DNA of 45,205 nt. Origin: Candidatus Altiarchaeota archaeon (GTDB taxonomy: Archaea; Altiarchaeota; Altiarchaeia; IMC4; QMZM01). The stretch is taken from NCBI GenBank assembly GCA_016931955.1, contig JAFGDV010000036.1, positions 1 through 45,205 of the forward strand, read 5' to 3'. The notes beneath the pieces are model-generated. The model searched no databases. It was not told where the DNA came from and saw only the letters and a list, made by a program, of their open reading frames with translations. The translations under genes and the position numbers were made by a program. Position 1 is the stretch's first letter, and each line of letters begins with the position of its first letter. Positions 27,268 through 37,168 of this stretch are shown here, piece by piece.

Positions 27268-28389
27268 CTACAGTCCCCTCAGCGATTTCCGCAGGTCCAG
27301 TTTACCCCCTTTTTCCTCCACATACCACTTCAGTATGCCCGCATTCATCAACCACGTGGTCGTCGTATCCCCAAGTAGACCGATCAAGAGAACCGACGCT
27401 ATATTCTTCAGCGTCTCTATCTGGAAGAGGGTCGTTGATACAACGATGATGACCAACATAACAGCGATTGTCGTGCCACTCATCGTCAAGCCGGTCTTCA
27501 TGGCGTCGTTTATGCGTTCATCCACTGTCCCCGTTCTGGTCCTCAGAACCCTTGAAGTAAGCATGATATCAGAGTCAACGGAATAACCAATGAGCATGAT
27601 CAATGCTGCGAGGGATGCTGGCTCAAATACTATGCCGAAGAGGCTCATACCACCCAATGCTATCAACGCGTCACATGTTCCCGCAAGGATCACAGCAATT
27701 GAGGGTATAAGGTCTCTGAAAGCAAAGAATATGATGAGGATCACCAGCACATAGGCGAAGATTGCCGCCTTTATGCCCTGCTCCCTGAACGTCTTCCCCA
27801 GGGTTTCGCCAACGGGCTTGATGTTTACGTTCTTCTTCTGCACATCCAAGGTGAAGTTTCCTAGATAAAATTCTAACGCACTCTCCAGTTTCGCCTCATC
27901 CAGATCGAATGCATCGATCCACATCACCCCAGTGCTTTCGTTGAAGGCTACGTCGGCTTTAAAGCGTGCGGCAATCTTTTCTTGGACGTCTTCGGTCAGG
28001 TTACCCTGAACCTTCACACTCGCACTATCCGTCTCATAAAGGCTGCCAGCATAGTTTGAGAGTATCGACTTAAGTCCTTCCTGATCAACCTGGCTTGTTG
28101 TTATAACCGTCAGCTTATCCCTTCCAGTTATAACATCCCCCCCAACATAGACTTCAAGGTCTTCAAGGTTAATGGACTTCAGCTGCGAAGTTAGTTCAAT
28201 GATTTCATCATCGCTCAGGGAACTCTCAGGTATGACCTCGATCCAGGTACCCCCCTTGAAATCGATGCCGAGAGGAACCCCATTAGTGTAAACTATGGAA
28301 ACCATCGCCACAGTTAATAACAGCGGCAGAAACATGAGAAGCTTATAGTTCGCCAAGTTAGTAAGGCGCGTATACATGTCATCTAACAT
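27268..28389 (-). CDS. secF: protein translocase subunit SecF
   Basis: LGIDFKGGT, LIGYSVDSDIMLTSR, TGLTMSGTT, NAGILKWY. Confidence 0.95.
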   Translation of the reverse strand: MLDDMYTRLTNLANYKLLMFLPLLLTVAMVSIVYTNGVPLGIDFKGGTWIEVIPESSLSDDEIIELTSQLKSINLEDLEVYVGGDVITGRDKLTVITTSQVDQEGLKSILSNYAGSLYETDSASVKVQGNLTEDVQEKIAARFKADVAFNESTGVMWIDAFDLDEAKLESALEFYLGNFTLDVQKKNVNIKPVGETLGKTFREQGIKAAIFAYVLVILIIFFAFRDLIPSIAVILAGTCDALIALGGMSLFGIVFEPASLAALIMLIGYSVDSDIMLTSRVLRTRTGTVDERINDAMKTGLTMSGTTIAVMLVIIVVSTTLFQIETLKNIASVLLIGLLGDTTTTWLMNAGILKWYVEEKGGKLDLRKSLRGL

Positions 28390-28457
28390 GTAACTATAAT
28401 AAACTAGTCACTTAAAAATAGGTGGCTTAAATTGATTAAATCGTAAGTAGTCTTGGA

Positions 28458-28919
28458 ATGTTCAAAAAAGTAGTCATCGGAGGCACCTTTGATAGGATAC
28501 ATCAAGGCCATAAGAAGATCCTGGAGACGGGCATGCAACTTGGGAAGTCAGCAGTCATAGGGCTGACATCAGATGATTTCGCCTCCCGCTTCAGGGTGGA
28601 AAAAATCCAACCCTATGAGGAAAGGAAGAGAAACCTGGAAAAATTCTTGGACTCAGTAGAGAAACCCTATGAGGTAGTCAAGATAAAAGACTCCTATGGG
28701 GTTGCGACAATCGATCCGGAAATAGACTGCATAACTGTGAGCGAAGAGACCCTGCTAAGGGCAGAGGAGATAAACATGATCAGGTTCAAGAAGGGTTTAC
28801 GCAAGCTTATCATTGTCGTGGTCCCGCTGGTGCTCGCAGAAGACGGAAAACCCATATCAGGATACAGAATAACCTCGGGAGAGATCGACGGCGAAGGCCG
28901 TATCCTGAAGAAGCGATAA
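28458..28919 (+). CDS. coaD: phosphopantetheine adenylyltransferase (archaeal type)
   Basis: GGTFDRIHQGH, GLTSD, VSEET, LAEDGKPIS..RI..GEID. Confidence 0.92.
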   Translation: MFKKVVIGGTFDRIHQGHKKILETGMQLGKSAVIGLTSDDFASRFRVEKIQPYEERKRNLEKFLDSVEKPYEVVKIKDSYGVATIDPEIDCITVSEETLLRAEEINMIRFKKGLRKLIIVVVPLVLAEDGKPISGYRITSGEIDGEGRILKKR

Positions 28920-28987
28920 CCTGGAAAAAAACCTATTACTTTTTAGTTACTGACGTATACATAATTCTTTGCCTTGCTTTGGTTGAA

Positions 28988-30286
28988 ATGGCCTTAAATG
29001 AATTCGAAGAATACCGGGACTACTATGAGGTGTATGGGGAAGAGATAACAAAAGGGGAAAACCAGGAGAAGATCAAGAAGGCCAGAAAGGAGATGCACAG
29101 GATAAAGGGGGAGGACAAGTTCCTCTTCACTCCGAGGTTCCTCTCCAAGGACCTGATAAAAGACCACCTTGAAAAATGCGAGAACACTATAGGAGTGATC
29201 AACAGGATACTCAAGGAAACACGGGAGGGAGAGAAAACACCCCTACAAGAGATCATACCAAAGAAGAGACAGCACAATATTCCGCACTCGAAGCTCTATG
29301 AGAAGGTTATCGAACTCGTTGACCCAAGGTTTCCGTCGATAATGGAAAGCCGGATAGACGGCTGCATCCTAGAAGACAAAAGGATTATGGCATACGAGGT
29401 GAACGCGAACCGGGCAGGTTGGGAGAACTCGCGCTCATTCTGTGACATCTATAACAGGTACTTCAGCCACCTGCTCCCAGGACATACCGTGGATTTCGCG
29501 GACGGCTGGGAGAGTATAATAAAGTACGTGTTGAAGAAGGTCCACGGAGACAAGACCATTTATCTAACAGAGCAGAGGGGTAAAGAATCCATTGCAGCCC
29601 TAAGGGATAGGGGCATCGACATAGACTTTGTGAGGTTCCAGAACATAAAGAATCTCATGAAGAACGGCGATCTCAGGATAACAAAAGATGACGTAACATA
29701 TAAAGGCGAACGTGTGAACTTGATATGCAGGTTCCTTAGAACCCACCAGGTTCTTGCCCTGCCTGAACTATGTGAATGCGTTAAAAACGGTAACGTGCAC
29801 CTGATAAACCAGATGGATGCCTTCTATGGCGGATTGAAAACACTTTTGATAAAGCTCAGAGACCCCGAAATTGTGGGAAGCTACTCATCCCCTGAAGACA
29901 TAATCAGTATCCCCGAATCAGCCCTACTGCGGGACATCAGAACAGACGATTTGATAGAGAACAAGGACAGATACGTATTGAAGTTCGGCAACCGCGGCGG
30001 GGGAAAAGCGGTCTACTTCGGAGTCGACAGATCAGGGCCTGAATGGGTTGACCTCATAGAGAACTCCAGATTGAAGTATCCTGAGACCGCCATGATCCAG
30101 GAGAGGGTCAACCCCAGCCTGACGCCAAGCTTAGAGGATGGCAGCATGAAGCTGCAGAAAACTACGTGTGACGTCTTCGTCTTCACAACAGATGAACCAA
30201 AAACGGGGGGAGTGTTCTCTAGATGGTCCCACAGCGATCTAGTGAACTTCAAGACGGGCGGAATCAAGGAGACAGTATTCGTTTAA
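28988..30286 (+). CDS. circularly permuted ATP-grasp / glutathionylspermidine-synthase-like ligase
   Basis: SRIDG...YEVNAN near the N-terminus, then YVLKFGNRGGGKAVYFG, IQERV and VNFKTGG at the C-terminus. Confidence 0.75.
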   Translation: MALNEFEEYRDYYEVYGEEITKGENQEKIKKARKEMHRIKGEDKFLFTPRFLSKDLIKDHLEKCENTIGVINRILKETREGEKTPLQEIIPKKRQHNIPHSKLYEKVIELVDPRFPSIMESRIDGCILEDKRIMAYEVNANRAGWENSRSFCDIYNRYFSHLLPGHTVDFADGWESIIKYVLKKVHGDKTIYLTEQRGKESIAALRDRGIDIDFVRFQNIKNLMKNGDLRITKDDVTYKGERVNLICRFLRTHQVLALPELCECVKNGNVHLINQMDAFYGGLKTLLIKLRDPEIVGSYSSPEDIISIPESALLRDIRTDDLIENKDRYVLKFGNRGGGKAVYFGVDRSGPEWVDLIENSRLKYPETAMIQERVNPSLTPSLEDGSMKLQKTTCDVFVFTTDEPKTGGVFSRWSHSDLVNFKTGGIKETVFV

Positions 30287-30288
30287 GA

Positions 30289-30921
30289 TCACCCCACCCT
30301 CAGATTCTTGATGCCCTCCATCCCAGCCAGTTTATTGACTAGCTCATCCAGTCTCCTTCTATGCCCCGTGAACATGAACGTGAAGGTGAACTCCTTCCCA
30401 TCCATATTGTAGTCAATGGATACCTCCCTGTAGTCTATGAGGAACCTCTCTTTCACGGCCTTCAATCCATCAATGCTGTCGAAGACCAGGGTTACCGTCT
30501 TAGAGTAATTGCCAAGGCTCTTCCTCTCAAGGAAGCGGTCCAAGAGTATTACTACGATTACGAACAGGTAGAAGAGTAATGCTGCCTCAAAAAAACCCAC
30601 CCCTATGCTGACGCCGAGGGCTGCAAAAGACCAAATGCAGGCTGCCGACGTGAAGCCGAAGGCCTTCTCTTGATAACGTATTATTGCTCCCGCTCCCAGG
30701 AATCCTATGCCGGTGATGATCCCCCCAAGGAGGGGCAACGGAGATGAGCCACCAGAAAAGACCAATGCTATGATCGAGAGCAAACAGGAACCCGTAGCGA
30801 CAAGTGTGAACACGCCGAAGCCTACCGGCTTCTTCGTAATCTGCCTCTCCAAGCCAAAGGACAGGGAGAGGACAAATGCCAGCGTAATCCTCAAGAGCAC
30901 ATCCACGAGATTTGGTTCCAT
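30289..30921 (-). CDS. MgtC/SapB family membrane protein
   Basis: GLERQ...KPVGFGVF.LV, GIITGIGFLGAGAI, GFTSAACIW; C-terminal ACT-like region. Confidence 0.9.
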   Translation of the reverse strand: MEPNLVDVLLRITLAFVLSLSFGLERQITKKPVGFGVFTLVATGSCLLSIIALVFSGGSSPLPLLGGIITGIGFLGAGAIIRYQEKAFGFTSAACIWSFAALGVSIGVGFFEAALLFYLFVIVVILLDRFLERKSLGNYSKTVTLVFDSIDGLKAVKERFLIDYREVSIDYNMDGKEFTFTFMFTGHRRRLDELVNKLAGMEGIKNLRVG

Positions 30922-30990
30922 CAACAGTAGATATATTACCCTCAATCCTAAAAGAAAGGATTATATGCCCCACAAACCTAAAGGTATAAC

Positions 30991-31698
30991 ATGAAAGCAG
31001 AGCTGGCGAAGATAACAGTCTTTCTAGGGATCGTATTCATACTATCCTTCACCCTGTTCTCCATAATCCTCAACATCTACTTCCCCCCATACGCAACGAC
31101 AACTACCACGACTACGACAACAACAACCTCGAAGACGACAACTACCACGACTACGACAACGACGACAACAAGCAGGACGACAACCAGCACAAGTCAGACA
31201 ACGACGACAACTACTACGACTTCCACCACACAACCCATTGAGTGCGGCTCAAACGCTGACTGCGGGAGCGAGTATTACTCGGGAACATACTTCTGCAACA
31301 AGGATGTTGTCTCCCTCATGAAGTGCACCCCAAGGTGTGTTCTGGGAGTCTGCAAGGATAGATGTGAGATCTTACCAGTAGACAAATGTAGTAGAAACGA
31401 AACATGCGTTCCAGGGAGAAGGTATTGCGTGAAAAACGAGTTCGAGAACGTTACCTCCTTCATTGAGATCTATCCTGGAGAGTACGTCACAGGATACAAA
31501 GGATACCAGTTTAGATTGAATTACACCGTCTATTCCACGGAATATGAGATCAGGGCGATACTCGTAGACGTGATAAAACCCGACGGAACAGAGAATCAGG
31601 TATTGATTAGATGGGACCTCAATGCTATAGTAGACGACCTCGACATCGGGATCTACGCGATAAAGCGGACATCAGCAGTCCTATGGATACAGACTTAG
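30991..31698 (+). CDS. membrane-anchored Thr-stalk, Cys-rich surface protein
   Basis: N-terminal TM, about 45-residue poly-Thr/Ser, ECGSNADCG Cys module. Confidence 0.8.
   Translation: MKAELAKITVFLGIVFILSFTLFSIILNIYFPPYATTTTTTTTTTTSKTTTTTTTTTTTTSRTTTSTSQTTTTTTTTSTTQPIECGSNADCGSEYYSGTYFCNKDVVSLMKCTPRCVLGVCKDRCEILPVDKCSRNETCVPGRRYCVKNEFENVTSFIEIYPGEYVTGYKGYQFRLNYTVYSTEYEIRAILVDVIKPDGTENQVLIRWDLNAIVDDLDIGIYAIKRTSAVLWIQT
31096..31160 (+). repeat. 26-bp direct repeat within the poly-Thr coding tract
   Basis: acgacaactaccacgactacgacaac at 31096-31121 and 31135-31160. Confidence 0.8.
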
Positions 31699-31737
31699 GG
31701 TATTTAAGCCGCCAGAGAAAATAGATAAGGATTAAAA

Positions 31738-32475
31738 ATGGAGAGGGTGAATACTGGGATTCCGGGCCTGGATAACTTGATCGGAGGCGGCATACCCGCG
31801 GGCTTGAGCGTTCTTGTGGCTGGAACCTGCGGTACAGGCAAAACCATATTGTCGCTGCAATTCTTATACAATGGTGCTCTTGAGGGCGATCCTGGAGTCT
31901 ATGTGACATTCGAGGAGTCTAAGGACAAGATCTTCTCCCAAGGCGGTGAATTCGGATGGGACCTTAAAGGCCTTGAGGATAAAAACCTGTTGGATATCTA
32001 TGTAGTGGACACGGATGACATAGACGACGTCTTAGCCGACATCAAGAGGAGGATTGAGAAGATCAACGCTAGGAGGCTTGCCCTAGATTCCCTGACGACG
32101 ATGATGGAGCACGGCGTCATATATCGCTCAAAGATATCGAAGGATTTAGGGAGGAGGGAGAGGGAGAAACTCGGCCTGAGATTCGCTTCGAAGGGCTTCG
32201 ATGTCACAAGAAAGGACATATACGCAATAATAGGCGAGATAAACAAGTTTGGAACTACTTCCTTTCTAGTATCTGAGGCCGGTGAAGGTGGGGAATATAT
32301 CTCAAGGGACACAATAAGCGAGTTCGCCTGCGACGGAGTGATCCAGTTGAAGATAAACGAGTTTGGAGGGGAGATAGAGAGGCTTCTCTCAGTGAGGAAG
32401 ATGCGCGGGACAAAGATCAACATAAGCCTTTCCCCCATAAAATTCAACGACTCCGGGATAGTGATCGAGGAATAG
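31738..32475 (+). CDS. single-domain KaiC-like/RAD55 (RecA-superfamily) ATPase
   Basis: RVNTGIPGLD.LIGGG, GTCGTGKT, TFEES, LDSLT, VRKMRGT. Confidence 0.92.
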   Translation: MERVNTGIPGLDNLIGGGIPAGLSVLVAGTCGTGKTILSLQFLYNGALEGDPGVYVTFEESKDKIFSQGGEFGWDLKGLEDKNLLDIYVVDTDDIDDVLADIKRRIEKINARRLALDSLTTMMEHGVIYRSKISKDLGRREREKLGLRFASKGFDVTRKDIYAIIGEINKFGTTSFLVSEAGEGGEYISRDTISEFACDGVIQLKINEFGGEIERLLSVRKMRGTKINISLSPIKFNDSGIVIEE

Positions 32476-32476
32476 A

Positions 32477-32878
32477 ATGGCTGAGGACAGGTTCGATCAG
32501 ATCCAGGGGATTCTCAAGGAGTTATACGACAAACATGAGGACGTGGAAGCGTGCATGGTCGTCAGGAAGGGCCTTGAGGGCGTCGTCACCTTCCCTGAAG
32601 ACTTCATAGATAGGGTGTCCACAACCTGGCAGCCCATGAAGGATACAATAGACATCCTCCTTGAAGTGGTCGCAGACAATGCCATGTACGGCATAGACAA
32701 GTGCTATGTTGAGATGCTGGATTATGGAATCGTGTTCTGCATAATATCAATGTCAGACACCTCCCTGGTGACATTCATAAGGAAAAGCGAAGGCTCTGAG
32801 ACCCTGGGGAAGGTTTCAGCTGAACTGGGCGACATCCTGGAAGCCAGAAAGAAAATCGTGGAGCTTGTTGAGGGATAG
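32477..32878 (+). CDS. roadblock/LC7-like (MglB-like) protein
   Basis: 133 aa with apparent alpha-beta-beta-alpha-beta-beta-beta-alpha pattern (LKEL...VEACMVVRKG; LG near the C-terminus); 1 bp after the ATPase stop. Confidence 0.6.
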   Translation: MAEDRFDQIQGILKELYDKHEDVEACMVVRKGLEGVVTFPEDFIDRVSTTWQPMKDTIDILLEVVADNAMYGIDKCYVEMLDYGIVFCIISMSDTSLVTFIRKSEGSETLGKVSAELGDILEARKKIVELVEG

Positions 32879-32913
32879 AAGGTATATATACCTGAAACAG
32901 ATAATTTGATAAC

Positions 32914-34482
32914 ATGAAAAAGCTCCTCACAATCCTAGTTCTCCTGCTTTTGGTATCTCAGGCGCATGCCATCGACTGGGAGAAACAACGAATAACCCGC
33001 CAGGAACTTGAACAGAGGCTCTTCTACGACTTCTGTGAGGATGTCAAGGCTGGGGGAAAATGCAACGTTCCTTCGCCCTGGGATGAAAAATTCTGGGGCG
33101 TATGCTGCAATAGCCAATGCAATAGTTACACCAACGAATGTAGTAAGGCGGGCTTCGGAGGACCATCTCTTGTGGATGTAATAGTGAACATGCCCTGTAT
33201 GGATAAAAAACATGGCGAAGAATGTGAGCTGCCTGAGGAGATCGGGAGAGTATATGATTTATGGGGCGTATGCTGCAATAGCCAATGCGTCTACTGGGAA
33301 ACACAATGCGATGACAGTTATCAGTCTGTCTGGGTCGTCGATGAAACACCTAAAGAAGGCGACTACGTCAAAAAAGGGGGTGAAGGCCCGCCCTCACCAG
33401 AGGATATCAGGAAGAGCATAGACTACTATATCATCGCATCCTGTATTGCCATAAAAGACGGCGAACCATGCAGCCAGGAAGTGAAAGGCAGAGATAGTAG
33501 GGGAGTAGAACACAACATAGCCCAGGAATTTAATTTATATGGCGTGTGCTGCTCCGAAAAATGCCAATTGAAAAGCACCGAATGCCCCGAGGAGACAGAG
33601 GACACTAAACCGGACCTTGTGATAATAGGGATGGACATTCACCCCGAAGACCTCAGCAAAACACTCCAGGTAGATAATGTCACAATTACGATAAAAAACC
33701 AGGGAGCCGCTCCTACTGGGAAAAGCTTCTGGATAGAGTTCATGAAGGGGGATGATTCCTCACCCATAACAAAGGAGGTGCCTTCACTGGGTGCTGGAGA
33801 AGATGCAACCGTTGTTCTCGATGAGATACCGACTTATCAGCATCGGAGCAGGTATCGGATGGAGGCTTTGATTGACTTGAATCCGAACTCAGTGAAAAGC
33901 AACCTAGTGGATGAGTCGGATGAAACAAACAACAAGGCCACAGTCGAGGTCTTCGTCGGGGAGGATATGGCAGTATGTGGGGATGGAGTATGTGATGAAG
34001 GAGAGGAAAAAACCTGCCAACGCGACTGCATGACAGAACGCTTCTGCGGCGACGGACTATGTGAGGAAATAGAGAGGGGGTCATGCTTTGAAGACTGCGG
34101 CAGATGCGGTGACGGAAACTGCGATGAAGGTGAAAACGAAAGCTGCCCAGAGGACTGTGAAAACACAGAGAGTAAGTTCCCAGTGTTTCTCTTCCTGGCT
34201 TTTGCTGTGGTCATCCTGATACTTGCCCTGGTTTTTTTCTTTTTCTCAAGGAGGAAGTCGAAGGGGCCTGTGATCGACTATGAGCTGCAGATAAAGAGGC
34301 TGCTCGGTGAGAAAAAAACGATAGAGGAGATGCTAGAGCTTGCGAAGACTAAATACCACAGGAGGAAGCTGGACGAGGAAAGCTTCAAGGAGATTGTGAA
34401 AGAAAACCAGAAGAGGCTGATAGAGGTAGAAACAAGGATCAAGGACATCGAAGACAGGATGAAGAAACTGGAGAAGAAATAA
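32914..34482 (+). CDS. single-pass surface protein: Cys-rich repeats, CARDB, CGDG repeats, TM, cytoplasmic coiled coil
   Basis: Signal peptide; three GVCCxxxC repeats; KPDLVI..IKNQG..VDESDETNN (CARDB); three CGDGxC repeats; TM; charged tail. Confidence 0.85.
   Translation: MKKLLTILVLLLLVSQAHAIDWEKQRITRQELEQRLFYDFCEDVKAGGKCNVPSPWDEKFWGVCCNSQCNSYTNECSKAGFGGPSLVDVIVNMPCMDKKHGEECELPEEIGRVYDLWGVCCNSQCVYWETQCDDSYQSVWVVDETPKEGDYVKKGGEGPPSPEDIRKSIDYYIIASCIAIKDGEPCSQEVKGRDSRGVEHNIAQEFNLYGVCCSEKCQLKSTECPEETEDTKPDLVIIGMDIHPEDLSKTLQVDNVTITIKNQGAAPTGKSFWIEFMKGDDSSPITKEVPSLGAGEDATVVLDEIPTYQHRSRYRMEALIDLNPNSVKSNLVDESDETNNKATVEVFVGEDMAVCGDGVCDEGEEKTCQRDCMTERFCGDGLCEEIERGSCFEDCGRCGDGNCDEGENESCPEDCENTESKFPVFLFLAFAVVILILALVFFFFSRRKSKGPVIDYELQIKRLLGEKKTIEEMLELAKTKYHRRKLDEESFKEIVKENQKRLIEVETRIKDIEDRMKKLEKK
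33094..33288 (+). repeat. 27-bp identical intragenic repeat (33094-33120 = 33262-33288)
   Basis: tggggcgtatgctgcaatagccaatgc twice, encoding WGVCCNSQC. Confidence 0.9.
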
Positions 34483-35583
34483 TCAGTATTCTGGCATCTT
34501 AGCCCTGCACAGCCATATAGAAGACATGGATGACAAGATAACAGCACCAATGATGGCTGAAAATACCTCAAAACTCAGGATCTGTGGAACGGACTCGTAG
34601 CCGAAGAATGCTATGATGATCCCGATGGTCAGATTAGCGTTGAATAAAATAGCTGTGTACTTTGCCTTCTCTGGGATAAAAAACCTGCCGGCAAGATACG
34701 TTCCAGCATACTTCGCCGCAAAACAGATCACAAAAAAAACCAGCAGCAGAGGCAGGTTGTTGAGAAGCGACCAGAATTTAATCCTCAAACCCACCCAGAA
34801 AAAGAATACAGGAGCGAAGAAACCAAAGACTATGCCCCTCAACTTCATCTCCAGGTTCTCGTGCTGGACGACGATCTCAGAGGTGATCATGCCAGTCAAG
34901 AACGCAAGTATCGCCGCCTCAAAACCAGCCTGCTCTGAGATAACCGCCACAGCAAGAAGCAACAGCAAGATGATCTTGAATTCAAACTCTGCAACGTTCC
35001 CTTTATAATAGCGAAATATCTTCCCACCCAGAAACGGGAAGAGCTTGGCGAACAGAAAGAGCCCGCCTATAAGAAACAAGATAAACACGGGATTTGGGGT
35101 GAAAAAAACGCTCAAAACAGAAATGCCTAAAATCTCCGTCATCATGGCTGAGGAAAGGATTAATTTCCTGTCCTCTGTCATATCCCCCGCCTGTCTCAGG
35201 ATAGGGTACACTATGGATATCGAGGTAGTAGACAAGGCTATAGCAACCAATGAGGCTTGTTTAGCTTCCATCAACAGGATAGATTGCAGAAATCCAAAGA
35301 CAAACAAGAAAGGGAAAAAGAACGATGCAGATCCGATCACAAGGCTGGGTTTGAATCTCTTCTGCAGTTGGTCGAAGTCAATCTCTAAGCCTGCAACGTA
35401 CATCAGTGTGAGTATTCCAAGGTCAGCTAATACCTCAACGATTTCCACCTCAGTGAAGTCTATGAAATGCCCTGCAATCATGCCCGCAAAAAGCTCTAAT
35501 ATCGCCGTCGTAAAACCCAATTCAAGGGCTATGAAACCGCTGAACACTATCAATGCGCTCATTATGATGATCTCATCCCTCAT
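34483..35583 (-). CDS. cation:proton antiporter (CPA2/Kef family)
   Basis: Very hydrophobic; LGIL.LM..AGLEID, ALSTTS, FGFFAPVFF...G motifs. Confidence 0.9.
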   Translation of the reverse strand: MRDEIIIMSALIVFSGFIALELGFTTAILELFAGMIAGHFIDFTEVEIVEVLADLGILTLMYVAGLEIDFDQLQKRFKPSLVIGSASFFFPFLFVFGFLQSILLMEAKQASLVAIALSTTSISIVYPILRQAGDMTEDRKLILSSAMMTEILGISVLSVFFTPNPVFILFLIGGLFLFAKLFPFLGGKIFRYYKGNVAEFEFKIILLLLLAVAVISEQAGFEAAILAFLTGMITSEIVVQHENLEMKLRGIVFGFFAPVFFFWVGLRIKFWSLLNNLPLLLVFFVICFAAKYAGTYLAGRFFIPEKAKYTAILFNANLTIGIIIAFFGYESVPQILSFEVFSAIIGAVILSSMSSIWLCRAKMPEY

Positions 35584-36509
35584 TCCAGCCTCCTCAGTAA
35601 AGCAGACAACATGAAGGGCAGGATAAGGGTCGCATCACCCTCTATCGTAACATGATCGGCACCCTCCTTTACCTTCCCCCAGGATATTCCTTCCCTGATA
35701 CGCGCCCCCGAAAGGCTTCCATCAAACTCCTGAGCGGTCGTCACATAGACGGCGTAATCCAAGCCCTCTTTGAACTGATTCCACCAGAGGGTGTGGTGTT
35801 TCGAGATGCCTCCGCCTATGATTAATGCCCCAGTCTTCTTCGATTCAAAGACTATGTCGGAGAGCTTCTGCTCATCCTGGAATAGATCAATCTCTAGGTC
35901 CCTGTGTTTTTGCCAGAAAAACCACAGCTGCGATCCTACAGCACCGTCCATTATGCCCGGAATGAATACTGGAATCTGGTTCTTCCACGACCAGTAGACG
36001 ATAGAGCTTTCCTTTTTTTCTTCCTTCTCCAGACGCCTGCCGATCTCCCATACCAGCTCATACGTTGGCAGGTCTTTTTTCTGAGAGTATATATCCTCTA
36101 TTATCGGCTGAAGTTTTTCTTCTAGGATTATGCCATAGCTTTCATTGGGTATGAAGATGTTGCCAAGCCTGTTAATGCCCTTCTTATGCAGTTCACGGTC
36201 ATCTACGGTAAAGCTCCCATTGTAGTAGTCCTGCCATATCCTGGCGAGGTCGTGGTCCAGGGTTCCCGTTGTGGTAATAACCACATCAGCCAGTTTTCTC
36301 TTCAGGATCTCCTTTATGACGCCGCGGGTTCCAGTAGCGATCACACATGCTGGGAAAGACAGAAAGCAGGTGCATTCTTCCCTATTCATCCTCTCAAGGA
36401 TGTCGACGCCCACAGCAAATTTTTTCGCTGTAAAACCCCCAGATAGGCTCATTTCCCTGACGAGGTCGTCCACGTCCCCACTTAATTCGATATCCCTAAT
36501 CGGCTTCAT
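35580..36509 (-). CDS. dys: deoxyhypusine synthase
   Basis: GINRLGNIFIP, GGGISKHH, FDGSLSGARIREGISWGKV, GDATLILP. Confidence 0.96.
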   Translation of the reverse strand: MKPIRDIELSGDVDDLVREMSLSGGFTAKKFAVGVDILERMNREECTCFLSFPACVIATGTRGVIKEILKRKLADVVITTTGTLDHDLARIWQDYYNGSFTVDDRELHKKGINRLGNIFIPNESYGIILEEKLQPIIEDIYSQKKDLPTYELVWEIGRRLEKEEKKESSIVYWSWKNQIPVFIPGIMDGAVGSQLWFFWQKHRDLEIDLFQDEQKLSDIVFESKKTGALIIGGGISKHHTLWWNQFKEGLDYAVYVTTAQEFDGSLSGARIREGISWGKVKEGADHVTIEGDATLILPFMLSALLRRLE

Positions 36510-36564
36510 CGTCTTTTAAAATACAATAGGATAATAGTATCTAATAGTATCAAAGAGATTTAAG

Positions 36565-37137
36565 ATGACAGACCCCATGACGAGGTTCCTTAAGCTGCCA
36601 TTAGAGGGCAAGATCATCGTCTTCACTGTATTGTTTTTCATCCTCCTTGGTATGGGGGTTTTGTTTGAGCGTGACACCATCACCGGGCTCATAAACGCCT
36701 ACGGTCTGGTGGGTCTGTTCTCTGTTGCCTTGATCGGTTCCACGGTTTTCCTCCCCTTCCTTGTGGAGGGCTTATTCCCATTCCTCCTAGCGTCCGGTAT
36801 CGATCCCTTCACCATCGTGGGCATAGCGACCTTCGGCGCATTGCTTGGAACCTGCATCAACTATTTTCTGGGCTTTGTCGGCTCAAGCATCATAGAACAG
36901 AAGGTCGACCATGGCAGGATAGAACAAGCGAAGCAGTTGATGAACAAGTACGGGGGGTTTGGTCTCTTCATTGTCATAGCGATGCCGCTTCCAACTATAC
37001 CTGTTGATCCAATAACAGTCATCCCAGGGATCACGAGGATGAGGTTCATAGAGTTCGCATTAACCGTAGCTGCCGCAAAACTGGTTAAGTATGCATTCTA
37101 TGCAGGCATCTTCGAGATCATCAACAGCCTACTGTAA
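36565..37137 (+). CDS. DedA/VTT (YqaA-like) membrane protein
   Basis: GALLG..INYFLG, KYG..GL, P..PVDP...PG..RM.F..F...VAAAK..KY. Confidence 0.85.
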   Translation: MTDPMTRFLKLPLEGKIIVFTVLFFILLGMGVLFERDTITGLINAYGLVGLFSVALIGSTVFLPFLVEGLFPFLLASGIDPFTIVGIATFGALLGTCINYFLGFVGSSIIEQKVDHGRIEQAKQLMNKYGGFGLFIVIAMPLPTIPVDPITVIPGITRMRFIEFALTVAAAKLVKYAFYAGIFEIINSLL

Positions 37138-37168
37138 TATTTACGCTCAACCCCAAATAGATTACACA

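Noticed and set aside
31090-31232. acg/aca/act repeats as a CRISPR-like or non-coding array
   Set aside because: They are Thr codons of a linker in an intact ORF.
31738-32475. True circadian kaiC or RadA/RadB
   Set aside because: Single domain, no kaiA/kaiB nearby, no RadA N-terminal domain; fits the generic archaeal KaiC-like family.
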